Source: Podarcis cretensis (taxonomy: Eukaryota). From it: a stretch of DNA of 64,000 nucleotides. Within the stretch, counting starts at the first letter, position 1. Every line of letters starts with the position of its first letter. A program made the translations under genes and the position numbers. Positions 1-11,575 of the stretch are shown here, piece after piece. The stretch is taken from assembly GCA_951804945.1 (NCBI GenBank), contig OX638161.1, positions 29,450,001 to 29,514,000 of the forward strand, given 5' to 3'. Below the pieces are notes generated by a model, which saw only the letters and a program-made list of their open reading frames with translations, was not told where the DNA came from and did not search any database.

Positions 1-883
1 CCTTAAAAAAATATGACAAGAATAATGCTAAGGTGATTTACACTTGCTGGATTTTCCATAGTCTGAGGAAAGACGGTGGAAACACAAGAGTTACAAGATT
101 TGATGACATTATGTTGCTCCTCTGTAAAAAGTAAGTGAAAAAAGCACACTCTAAAACCTGATGCTGAGCACCCAGTCAAGTAATCTGGGTAATTTGTGGG
201 TGGTGTTTACATTTGCAATAATGGTTACCACTCTATCTACTTACTGTATTTCTTATTCACCCTTCACCATAAAGCCCCAGGGCAGGTTAAAACAACATTA
301 AGATAAAGCCAAATAAAACCACCAACCCCTAACAGTCATACATTAATTAACAATTTCAAGGCAGGTCATAAAGACAAGCAAGCTATGACCAGTAAGCTAA
401 GAACGTCCCTTAGCTACAGACTACTCATATTGTTTTGCAGATACAGAATATTTAGGTCTGGCAATTGTTGCATCAGTACAGGGAATGGGACAAACCATAG
501 ATCCCTAAATTACCCTGGGCTGCAGCAGCCTCATAATAATCCAGCCCTTTAGTTTAGAGCAACCCTTCAAAGAATGACTATATATTGTAGTAGCACTAGA
601 AGAAGCCCACAACTAGATAGAAATTACTTATCAGCAACACAGTACTGCAGCAAACTGAAGATGTGGCTTCAGATTCTGTGCCCTTCTGTGGGCCTAATTC
701 CATGTCACTTAACTTTCTTCCTTCCTTTCTGTAAATCTCTATGCAAGAGAATGGAACTAGTGAGTGTGGCTATTGATAAAGAAGCCTTATAGTTTTGCTG
801 AAAGATATTTGTCCTTTAGAAGAAGGGAGAATAATACAACTATCTTCCCCACATTAGCCCCCAACATGCCTTCATGTAGGAGA

Positions 884-965
884 AGGGCCACAGATCAGTG
901 ACAGATCATCTGCTTTGCATGCACAAGGTCCCCAGTTCAAACTCAGAAATCTCTAGGTATGGGCC
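884..965 (+). mobile_element. Degenerate tRNA-derived SINE head
   Basis: A-box-like and B-box-like (GTTCAAA) sequence around ctgctttgcatgcacaaggtcccag; related remnant near 27310-27440. Confidence 0.5.
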
Positions 966-974
966 TAATGGTGT

Positions 975-1255
975 CAGTTCCTAAGGCAAGGATTGCGGTC
1001 TCTTTCTCCCCAGTGCTTGGGGAGAGGAGTGAAGCAGCCAAGATTAGCATTTTGAATTGAGCAGGGAAATTTACTGGTGGCCAATGAAGTCATGTCAGAA
1101 TTGGTGTAATGAGCTAAGTCCAAAGGCAGCTTCCAAAGGCAACCCCACATATAACACATTGCAGGAACCCTAGAAGTTATCAGAAGTTAGGCTATCCTTG
1201 TCCAGATAAGGGCGTAGCTGAGCCACCCGCCAAAGCGGATGGAAGGCCTACATGG
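975..1255 (-). mobile_element. Old L2-like LINE fragment
   Basis: Degenerate similarity to the L2 ORF2 3' region (recognised by eye). Confidence 0.4.
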
Positions 1256-2425
1256 CACCAGGCCATTGATAATGCCTCTTTCTTACCTAGATGGAGAATA
1301 GTGTGTATAAAAACTAGTCTCCTGCACAAAGGTAACATTTAAATGCATTGCTCTGCTCACTTTTGCCTCTGGCCCTGATTATCACTGATATGTGGCCCAG
1401 AAAGGAATGTTATCCTCAAGCTAAAAAAGGTTCTTCAGCCCTGGGCTGAAGGAAGATTATCTCTCAGCCCCCTGCACAAGCCTCTTCCAAACACAGCAGG
1501 TGTTCTAGCAGTGAAAGTTGTCGACATAGATAAACCTAGCTTAAGGATTTGCCAAGTGACGTGTATACCATGTCTATTCTCCTTTCACATGTTGGTTGGG
1601 TACAGCACAGCTGTATCTAACCATGCACATAGCACTTTTCCTCACCACTGTGAGTCAGTGATTCTATATGACTTTTAAATACATGTCACCCCAGCTCCAA
1701 TCTTGGTAAGAGTGTTCCATACATACTCCATTTGCTCTATCTGCTCAGATTCCATGTGCTTTCTAACCCTTACTTAGTTTGTACAAATGCACTTTGAGCA
1801 CAGGGTGATCTGAAAGATGAAACTTCTTCTTTCTGAACAGAGATATGGTGAGGTTGGAACCAAAAAACAGAACTTTGGCAAGTAATGTAACATGGAATGG
1901 AGAAGATTGAGCCCATTCACTACTTTGTAGTACAGTGGTTCTCAAACTATAGAAAAGGCCCTCAGGGAAGTGCAAGATATCTGGGACAGAAGACAGAGTT
2001 CTAGAGAGGGAGAAGATAACACAGTAGGCGCTGCCATAGGCCTTTTATTCCCAGCAGCAGAAATTTAGTTTTGAAGCAACTGAAATCTCAAATTGGCAGC
2101 TGGGGCATTTTCAGAGTGCCTGGCCACAGGAGCTGCTTTCCATCCTGCCTCCTGGCTAGTTTCAGGAGGAAGTTTGAGATGCTGTTTCAGTTTTCTTGTA
2201 ATGCTACTGCTGGGTTTGTGCCCCAGTCAAAAGATCTTTATACAAAGTTGTGGGCTACACAGAGACATCTGTGTGTAAAGATTCAGGGGACTCACATATT
2301 GAAGAGATGGCTGCCGCTGCAAGGGTCAGAATGCAATATAAGTTGGTAAGGTAGGTAACTTCCCATCTAACTCCAAACTTGTATTTCATTTGCCCACACA
2401 TAAAGACAAGGTGCATTGGATTTAC

Positions 2426-2691
2426 CTTTCCACCCCCTGGCTGATGCTTCAAATTTTCAGTGGAACCAATCTTGGACTTTATATTCTTCAGGTCTGGCAT
2501 GGGGACAGGGGCTGTCTGCAAGCGGCTCTTGACAGAAGAAGGGGATTTTGGCGGGGTGCGAACCACTGCCACCTTCTTGGGCTCCCTGTTTGGTGGAGTT
2601 GGCAGGGAGGGTGTGCGGGAGCGACTGCCAGGAGTTCCTGGAGATCCAGGGCTGCTGTAGCCACTCCTATCTCCAGACTTTACCGGTTCAC
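2426..2691 (-). CDS. MAPT: Tau exon 9: proline-rich region P2 and microtubule-binding repeat R1
   Basis: ttgcag|GT...AAG|gtaaat; 266 nt as in human. Translates [89 protein letters not shown]. Confidence 0.98.
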
Positions 2692-3258
2692 CTGCAATTT
2701 GAAATGAAAGTACAATATGTTAAGTAATCGTTTAGCTGTTGATTCAAAAGAACCTTCCACACTGTTCAATATGCACGAAGGAAATTAGCAAGCAGGGGGA
2801 GGACGTTTTCTGTTACAGCACCTAGCTAATCATCTCCCCACTGAAATAAGGAAGGAATCAACTTTGGTGAGTTTTTAGCACCTTCTGAAAATACACTTGT
2901 TCATCCAGGTCTTTGCCACAGAAAACTGTTCAGCTACTGCAGTTGTTGCCGTTTTTACTGTTTTTATTGTATTTTAATATGCCGTTTTATTATATTGGCA
3001 TCTATTGCAGACCACCCTAGAATTTTAATGAAGAGTGATATAAAAATGTTTTAAATAAATAAAAAAAATGCTATGTTGCATTTACTACTGTTGCAACTTT
3101 CTTTCCAATGGAAAGATATTTTAAAATATGAATAAAACAACCTTTTACCTACCCCCCAAAAAAGGTAATTTAATTATCAAGGTTTTACAGAATTTATGGT
3201 CAATGCCAGCGGACAGGATTTGTTAGGAATGAAGAGGAAATAGTAAACTTTTTTTTAC

Positions 3259-3312
3259 CTCTCTCAGATTTTGCTGCTGTGTTAGGGGGCCTTCTTTGCT
3301 CCTTTTTGGCAG
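3259..3312 (-). CDS. MAPT: Tau exon 8 (alternative)
   Basis: ttctttcag|CT...GAG|gtaaaa; 54 nt, phase 1-1. AAKKEQRRPPNTAAKSER resembles mammalian exon 8 (QRRPP...SER). Confidence 0.9.
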
Positions 3313-3627
3313 CTGAAAGAACAAAAACAACCGCTCCGTGAAAAACAATGATAATCTTGCATCCTGGTTGCTAGGGGGGAAAGGAAGGGCAGACTACAGA
3401 GATTCCAATGAGTATTAGAAAATAAAAGGGAAACAGGGAAAGTGCACTAAGGGGACAGGGAGCACAGGAGCAGGACCTTAAGCCCTATTTAACCCTGCCT
3501 CCAAGACTGGGTAAACCACTCATTGGGTGACTATCGGAGAACACATGTATCTGGGGGTGGTAGAAGAGCACCAGACCAAGACCTAGGCTCAAGGCTTTCA
3601 GCATCTTGTTGCAATGAGGTGATCCTT

Positions 3628-3885
3628 AATAATAATATTAATAATTTATTATTTATACCCCGCCCATCTGGCTGGGTTACCCCAGCCACTGTGGGCGGCT
3701 TCCAACAAAATCTTAAAATACAATAGTCTTTCCAACATTATAAGCTTCCCTAAACAGGGCTGCCTTCAGATGTCTTCTAAAAGTCTGGTAGTTGTTTTTC
3801 TCTTTGACATCTGGTGAGAGGGTGTTCCACAGGGTGGGTGCCACTACCAAGAAGGCCCTCTGCCTAGTTCCCTGTAACTTGGCTG
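3628..3885 (-). mobile_element. L2-type LINE 3' end
   Basis: (AAT)n tail followed by tttataccccgcccatctggctggg; the same terminus recurs near 12245 and 57816. Confidence 0.65.
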
Positions 3886-4493
3886 ATTCCCTGTAATTGG
3901 TGATTCTTTAAAAAGAATACAAACTGGTAGCAAGAAACCACCATCTTAGGTCCCTTTGTCATCATGTCAAGCATTGCATTGGGGGTGATACAAGATGGCA
4001 GCCACCTGCTATCCAATCATCCAGTGCTGAGTGAGATTTGATTCTTAAGCAGGATTATGGTGGCAGTCAGAGGCAGAAATGGACAGGTTGGCTGGTGCTC
4101 CCTGCCCTTTATAAAAGCTCACCTTATGATTTTGAGAAAAGGCTACTTCTCATGCTACTTTTATTAAAATTCCTGCCTTGAGGCCTGTGTCAAATGAACT
4201 TTTGCGGTGCTAGGCCACATCAACTTCATGCCACTTTCTTCAGAGGCCTTTTGGGTTCTTTTAAAAGGTTTCTCTGCATAGGCACAGTTCTTGGTCACAT
4301 CTACTGCCAAGAGGAATATACTGAGGAAGGACTTGTACTTTCTCTTGATACACCACAAATAAAAGCAAAAACCCAACACCTTTGTATTTGAATGTGAGGG
4401 AGCTCAAGTAAACCACAGTTTGTTTGGAGCAATTTCCAGAAAGCAAAAAAACCAAACTGCTATGCAACACACAAAAAACCCTTCTTCTCTTAC

Positions 4494-4620
4494 CAAGGCT
4501 GGGTGGTGTCTTGGGAATGGTGGGAGTTTTGGCAGGGATCCGAGAAGCATTGGCTGGACTCTTCTGATTCTGTCCCATACCAGGTCGTGGAGTGGCTATC
4601 TTTGTTTTCATATCTGGACC
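4494..4620 (-). CDS. MAPT: Tau exon 7: proline-rich region P1
   Basis: caccag|GGT...TTG|gtaaga; 127 nt. [42 protein letters not shown]. Confidence 0.96.
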
Positions 4621-5844
4621 CTGGTGACAGAAATTGAGAAAGGGCAGTATTTATTGACTGCTCATAGACTAAAAAAGCAGAGTAAATTGCTGTGGATTAG
4701 GGGGATTTCCTCTTTATTTACACATTTTCAACCTAAACCTGAGAAATGAACTCACAATGCCAATACAAGTTTCAAGACTTTACCATGTGCTTATTATATG
4801 TATTTTTATGAGGCTTGGCATACAAAATGCTATTCTATTCAATTCTACCATTTTCTCATTTGATTTCAGAACATAAATAATGAACAACTTATGTAAAGTA
4901 AAACTAATGGCTTGTCCAAATGCAAAGTTGATGATGCCTTGTTCCTGCTTAGCTCCTAAACATACAGCTTTTAGAATAGATATCCACAGTAATAACAGTA
5001 TTACATAATCCCTTTTTCACCCACATTAATTGAATGCACTTATTTCATGAGTCCTTTCTGTTGTATATAAAATGTGATATCCACATGAAAACATGTGTGA
5101 CTGTTGAATAAATCATTCACTGTTACATCACCACAGCTTGCAGGAGCAGGTGTGATAACATGCAAATACTGTGCCATCTGGAAAACCTGAGCAACAAGCA
5201 ACGTCAAATGTCTTACATATCCATTAACTAAATAAAGCTCAGTAAAACGCTGGCAATGTCCAGGGGAAAAACCATGAATATAAAAAACTAAGAAGAATTT
5301 AAGCAGAATAAACATACTTGGCTAAAGTGAATTTATATATTTGCACTTTTCATTTCTTCTCTAAATTGCCAAGTTTTATTGTTACCTACCCAGAGATCTG
5401 CAGATGTGGGGCAGTTTGTAGACTAAATAAATAACACTCCATCTGAGCACATTAATGTATCAAGTGGCAATTTATTTGACTTCATTTATGTGCAAATTAA
5501 ACACAATATTAAGTGCATTGTCAAGCTGTTTGTTCAACTATTCGAAAGAAGTATTCCTCAACTTGGCTATAATTAGTGGCCAATCCTAGCACAATCTCTT
5601 AAAATGGGAGAAAAAGGCAATACATTGGAGTGGTAGTAGCTAGCCATAACCAAGTAAAGTATATTCATATCTTGGTCATTAAGAAAAAGTCAGGTAAGTA
5701 CAAATTGCAAAACACAACAACCACTTGCATGCAATTTGCTGTAAATGCATGCCCAACCCAATGCAAGGAATCTAAGCAAATGGGAAAGAAATAGATTTAC
5801 CCCAGCCCCTCACTCCACCAACTTCTTTTTACACCATTTCTTAC

Positions 5845-6042
5845 CTTGCCCCTTTTCTCTTTTGTTCCTGTACTGGTTGGTCGGGATGCGATAGAAGAGA
5901 TGCATTTAGGGATGGAAGTTGGTACTGAGGACTCAGGAGGGTTGGAGGGTTTTTTCAAAGGGATAGAACTAACAGAGGAGTTTCGTTTGGGAACAATGGA
6001 GGATCTACCTTCCAAGATTTTGACAGAGGAAGGTATGGATGT
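5845..6042 (-). CDS. MAPT: Tau exon 6 (alternative)
   Basis: tttttaag|ACA...AAG|gtaaga; 198 nt, phase 0-0. TSIPSSVKILEGR...STGTKEKRGK resembles human TSTRSSAKTLKNR...SSGAKEMKLK. Confidence 0.93.
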
Positions 6043-7336
6043 CTTAAAAACATGTGAACAAAATAAAATAAAACCAAAGATCAGCATGAGAAAAAAGTAA
6101 TAAAATAATAAAAATAAACTGAAAAAGTGTGGTGGTTAAAGTAAAGTCAGAATGACCAATGGCCTTAAGCATGTTAAAAGAAAATCAAAACCTAACTGAA
6201 ACTGGCTCTCTATCTCCTGCACTGCGCTGGCATTAAAAAGAATTTCAAAGCATCGCATCATCTATCTCACCCTTAGAAGGATAGGGTACCAAAATCACAG
6301 ATTTTTGAATAGTACATCATCAAAGGAGCATCTGAAAGTAAACATGCTCCCACATATTGCATTTATCAGTTCTGTGGCATTGGTTTCCACCATGACATCT
6401 TCATAAAGAAGAATTCTGGGAGAGATGATGGCAGCTACATCCAGGAGTGGCTGGCAGGACATTACAGATCTGGCTGCCTTACTCTCTTGCCTTCCAAACA
6501 TGACATGATGTTGCTGCTTATTGAGAGGGGGAGTAGGAGGGCAACGAGAACTTGGTGTAGGAGGAGTGTTCAACTGGCTCTGCTGCCACACCAGTACCTG
6601 CTAAGCTCTCAGTTGCCTTGCCCTCTCCCCCCTCCCAGTAAGCAGAGGCAACACACTGTGTTTGAAAGCGGGGACAGAAATTCAGCCCCACCTGAACCAA
6701 CCTACCAGCCACTACTGGAACCATCAATCCCTTTGAGCTTGCAACATAACCTAGAAAAACCACAGGTTTTGCCATTTATTGTTTTACTCCCATGGGAATA
6801 GCTGGTTAGTGTCTGAACAGGTTTCCATTAAATAAAGAAGTTTGCTTCAACCTCTTCACTAGTAAGCCACTTCATTATTACTATTGAATGAGGAAGAAAG
6901 GTTTCTGAACTACAACGATCAACAAACAAGCCAGGCTCTGTGGATGTATTGCTATCTACATGGCCAGCAGACATTTTCCAGGCAATCCGTTTGAGAGCTA
7001 GGAAGGGGAGAGAGCAATTAAGTTCCAAAACTTAACCCCAGAAACAGAGGCTTGGGAGAACAAGCCTTTAAAAAACTAGCAGAATAAAACTGTAGTCCTT
7101 TCAGTCACATGCCTTTTCCAGGCAAGTCTGTGGGCCTGTCAAAGCAATCCTTATTTTCAAGTTTCCTGTGCGTGCTCTGATCCATTTTGTGGCTTGCCTT
7201 ATTTGCTCTTTAGGCAATTCAGTCTTTTCTTTTTGTGGTTCTGATTAAAGAGGCAAACGATCCTTTCAAAGCTCGAGTTATAAGGCAAGGTATGACAGCT
7301 GCTGCTTTTGTACAGCAAAAGGGGGCTTTCATTCAC

Positions 7337-7402
7337 TTTATTTTATTTTATTTTATTTTATTTTATTTTATTTTATTTTATTTTATGTTTGTTTGTTTGT
7401 TT
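7337..7402. repeat. (TTTTA)n + (GTTT)n microsatellite
   Basis: Direct observation. Confidence 0.95.
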
Positions 7403-7952
7403 ATATTTCTATCCCTCTCACCATTAGCCCTAAGTATGTTACACTTTAAAAACTACACATAGAAATACACAATAAAATCAAGCTCACATTAAAACGTGTT
7501 TAAACTAGTGGGTAGGATTCTCCAAAGCCAGCACCACAGGGAGGAAGAGAGGCTGTCCCTGAAGCAGAAGTTCCACAAAAAAAGCTTAACACTGATTACC
7601 ACACAGAAATGCTTCTCAGAGATACTCGGGCTTGAATGAAACTCTATGCAAAAGGAGATGTCAAGTTTTACAGCAGCAACTTCCTGTCACACCTAGTTTA
7701 GTTACAGGGAAGAAAGTGGCTTCTCAAGCTTAAAATACAGATTTTAAAGGGATTCTAACTTAGAATGCACACTGGGCCTTGCAAAAAAAAAAAATGGTGG
7801 TGGTGGTGGGGAGACAACAAACTGCATTTAAAGGTTTCTAGCAGAAAGCAAAATATTTACTCCATCAAAGATAAAGAAAAATGTTTTAAGGAAGAACCAA
7901 GAATGCAGAGAGGATGAACTGCATCCATGTTCATATATGCTTGTCAGCTTAC

Positions 7953-8008
7953 CTTTGGTTTAGGCTCTTCAGTTCCAGTCTCATTTTTATCTTTGTTGTC
8001 CATTCGAG
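7953..8008 (-). CDS. MAPT: Tau exon 5
   Basis: ttctcatcag|CT...AAG|gtaagc; 56 nt. ARMDNKDKNETGTEEPKPK versus human ARMVSKSKDGTGSDDKKAK. Confidence 0.95.
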
Positions 8009-8070
8009 CTGATGAGAAAGGAGAATTACTGTTACATTTTGCTGCGTGGAGGGGTGACAGTTCTAAAATA

Positions 8071-8312
8071 CAGTGGTACCTCTGGTTACGTACTTAATTC
8101 GTTCCGGAGGTGCGTTTTTAACCTGAAACTATTCTTAACCTGAAGCACCACTTTAGCTAATGGGGCCTCCCACTGCTGCCGTGCCGCCGGAGCACGATTT
8201 CTGTTCTCATCCTGAAGCAAAGTTCTTAACCCAAGGTACTATTTCTGGGTTAGCGGAGTCTGTAACCTGAAGCGTGTGTAACCTGAAGCGTATGTAACCC
8301 GAGGTACCACTG
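8071..8312 (+). mobile_element. Tc1/mariner (Tigger-like) MITE, copy 1
   Basis: TIR CAGTGGTACCTC...GAGGTACCACTG, TA target duplication, 242 bp. Confidence 0.9.
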
Positions 8313-10916
8313 TAGCTTCTGGAGAAGGTAAGCCACTCAGATTGTAACTGTAGCATGCAACTCTCCTCTGCCCTTGCATAAACAGTGAGGAAAGCTCCAT
8401 TCCTTAGAGAACCATATTTCTGATTTATAAATTTGCTCTCACTCTTTCAGGCTAAGCTTTAATGCAACAAGCAAGCGTGTTGTGCCTCACACCATCTGGG
8501 AAAGCAAAATAAAATAAATAAGTATTGCCAGCTGTATTGGGAATGAAAAAATAATAAGAGTTCCCAACTGATTGGTACCACTTTTGGAAGCTCTTCCAAG
8601 TGTTTTGTGTGAAGCTCTGTTTACAGTGTGATGTCAGGAACTGGCAACAGCACTGTGGCCTTTAACCACTGAAGTAACAGATCACTTTTAATAACCCCAT
8701 AGACTTCTAAATACAAGTAGTCCAATAACTTCTGCCTGTCTGCATTAAACTATCTGAGAAAAGCAGCAAACTAGTTAAAGCTGAACCATTTAGTTGGTTC
8801 CGGTAGTTTCCACACTCCCTATAATGGAACACCCAAGTTTAACAAAACACTTACTTGGGACAGAAAGTATGATTCTGTGTCAAAAGTATTCATGCTCCTT
8901 TCTAACAAAATGTTGCTTTGCCTGCTTTGGATCAAGTCATACAAAATGCTAAATCAATGTTTATCATTTTGATAGGGGATAAAGAAGCTACTAATTAGTT
9001 CCAAACAATACAACCTAGCTAATGGGAAAATCAGCTTAAAACGAAAAGTGTAAGCCTTGCTTTCAGCTCACTCTAAGTATAGGGTTCAGTTATAGGCCAT
9101 AAAGGGCAACATGTAAATTTAGTGAAAGGGTTAAGTTTAGTCCAAGTTAAAAGCTAGTTTCAGCTTTCAGTTCAGTTTAAAATAGTTCAACGGGGGGGGG
9201 GGGGGGGGAGGGAGGATGGGACCCTAGGCTTTTAGCTTTAAATTCAGTTTTTATAACACTTACACTCTAATTTTGAATGCTAAATAGATTTTAAGTTAAA
9301 ACTTAAAACATTAGGGTATTTTAAAAACCCCAATTCAAGCTCAGTAAAGGCCTGGTTTGTGCTTATTAAGCATAGCATGTAAACTAAAGTTAAGAGCATT
9401 CAGATTTAAAGCACTTTCATTTCCGGAGGAATTTCAACTGCCCACATCACATATCCCTCAATATCACTACCCAGGGTGCTAAACTGACATAAATTTCCCT
9501 TCCAGATTTTTAGTCACTGGAATTTATTGCAACCCAAGGAGTCTTACCTCCTTGCAGGCTCATGCAGAACTTGTCTGAGGCCTGGAGAGGGAGTCTTGTT
9601 AGAATAAAGTTATAAGCTCAAACAAAAAAGCAGCCAGTCCCTGGTGGGGCCCGTTAGTCACCTTAGCCCAGCAAGGCCTGGGGCTAGTGTACCCGACTGC
9701 CCGCACCCCCTCCCCACCCCTTGCAGGGGCCTGCCTCCTTGTGTTTTTCCAACAATGACTTCCTGATCTAATTGGCTGCTGCAGAAGTTGGGGGAAGCTA
9801 GACAGGACAATAAGCTTCAGGCAACCTAGAGAGAAAGAATCTGTTTTAGAAGCACAAAAGGAGCCCCATCTGGTGAAGATTCTCAGTCCCAGTGACCAAG
9901 TGTCAAGGTAACATGCAAGTTAGGCATTTGTGCAAGTTTAAAACAGAGCAAGTCAGTCAAGCCTCACTATGCTCCACCTCTTCTTTGATTTAAAATTCAA
10001 ACAACACAAAGCATTCAGGTAGGAAGCCAGCAGGGGTGTGGGGTCTATTTAGAACACTGTACAGAATGCCACATAAACAACTAATGGCTGCCTAGATAGA
10101 AGTCATGGGTGTTTACTCAGTGCAGTGAGCTCCTGACCCTCAGGGAACAAGCTCATCCCCTTGTGGCCAAGGAATCTTCTTTTTAAAAAATCTAACTTGT
10201 CCATAAGATGTAGTGTGAGGACACTGTGTACTTAGAATTTCAAAAAGACTTTGATAAAGTAACTCACCAAAGACTCCTGATTAAAGGTAGTGGTCATGGA
10301 ATAAGAGGAGAGACTCTCTTGTGGATTAGTAATTGGCAATGAAAAGCCCTTTAGAAAAGGGCTACCAAAATTATCATGGGACCAGAACAACTCCTGCTGC
10401 ATTTGAGGTTTATTCATACAATAATCTAGGGCCATCCAATAAAGCTGAGCAGCAGAAATCTGGTCCAATATGATAATTGTCAACCTCATATTATTCACTG
10501 AGGGAAAAGTTGCAGAAGCAAGGCAACAAAGAGGCTGCTGGCAGGAAGTAGCTTCACACACAAATTTTTTTGTTTTTTAAATAGCAAAATCTGAACACAT
10601 ATATCGAAAATGGGGCTGATACACCCACATTCAGCCAACAGAATCGGCTAAAGGAGAAGAGAGGCTGAAATGTTTGCCTGCAAATCAGCCAGAGAAAGAT
10701 GGATTGATTGCAACCAACATTCTGTTCACCCCTGCCCTACAGGAAACTGAGGGAATGCAAAGATTATAATCCTTGACTAGTATATCATGGACACATAAAG
10801 ACTGGTACTATACTCTGCTGCTGAAGTGCACACATTGTTTTTGTTCTGTTACGAGAAAGTTAATATCTTTTGCTGTGTATCTATGTCACTCTGGGTTGCC
10901 TTGGGCAATATAAAGC

Positions 10917-10919
10917 AAA

Positions 10920-10950
<31 letters not shown>

Positions 10951-10952
10951 AT
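10917..10952. repeat. (AAAT)n microsatellite
   Basis: Direct observation. Confidence 0.95.
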
Positions 10953-11284
10953 ATGCTCACTGATGATTACATTTCCCATATTTGCATGGACATCTACATG
11001 ACCCTTTTCTGAACAAACGAAGCCTTATAACGAAAGATTCTAGGTACAGCCTGTAATCATGCTACCCATCTTTCCTGGTTCTTGATAGAATTTTGTAGAC
11101 AATTGTCCATTGCTGCCAGAACACAATAAATTGCAGGGTGAGTATGAGGGCCCACTTCTCAGCTACCCCAAGCTGAAGTGATAAGCTTGATGCAAAAGAA
11201 TTCCATAAGGCCATGAGTCACTGAGTTTCTTTCAAAGAGCAGCTTGTCATAGAATGACTTGATGTTAGAATCACCAATGCTTAG

Positions 11285-11575
11285 TCCAGGCGGAGTGAGC
11301 TCCCATTGCTTTGTCCCAGCTCCTGCTAATCAAGCAGTTCAAAAGCATACCAGCACGAGTAAATAAATAGGTACTGCTGAGGCAGGAAGATAAACGGCGT
11401 TTCTGTGTGCTCTGGTTTCCATCATGGTGCCCTGTTGCGCCAGAAGCAGTTTAACCATGCTGGCCACATGACCTAGACAAACACCGGATGCCTCGGCCTG
11501 AAAGCAGAGATGAGCACCACACGCCATAGTCAAATTTGACTGGACTTAACCATCGAAGGATCCTTTACCTAACCT
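11285..11575 (+). mobile_element. Sauria-type SINE
   Basis: gtgagctccc...cccagctcctgc...taaataggtac...ctggccacatgacc core with ACCTT-type tail. Confidence 0.75.

Noticed and set aside
1-2425. Saitohin-like nested gene or exon 10 in intron 9
   Set aside because: No ORF with recognisable similarity and no VQIINK exon seen. STH is primate-restricted, and only the first 2.4 kb of the intron is visible.
4115-4125. Isolated strong minus-strand donors (also near 22826)
   Set aside because: No convincing paired acceptor or tau-like peptide.
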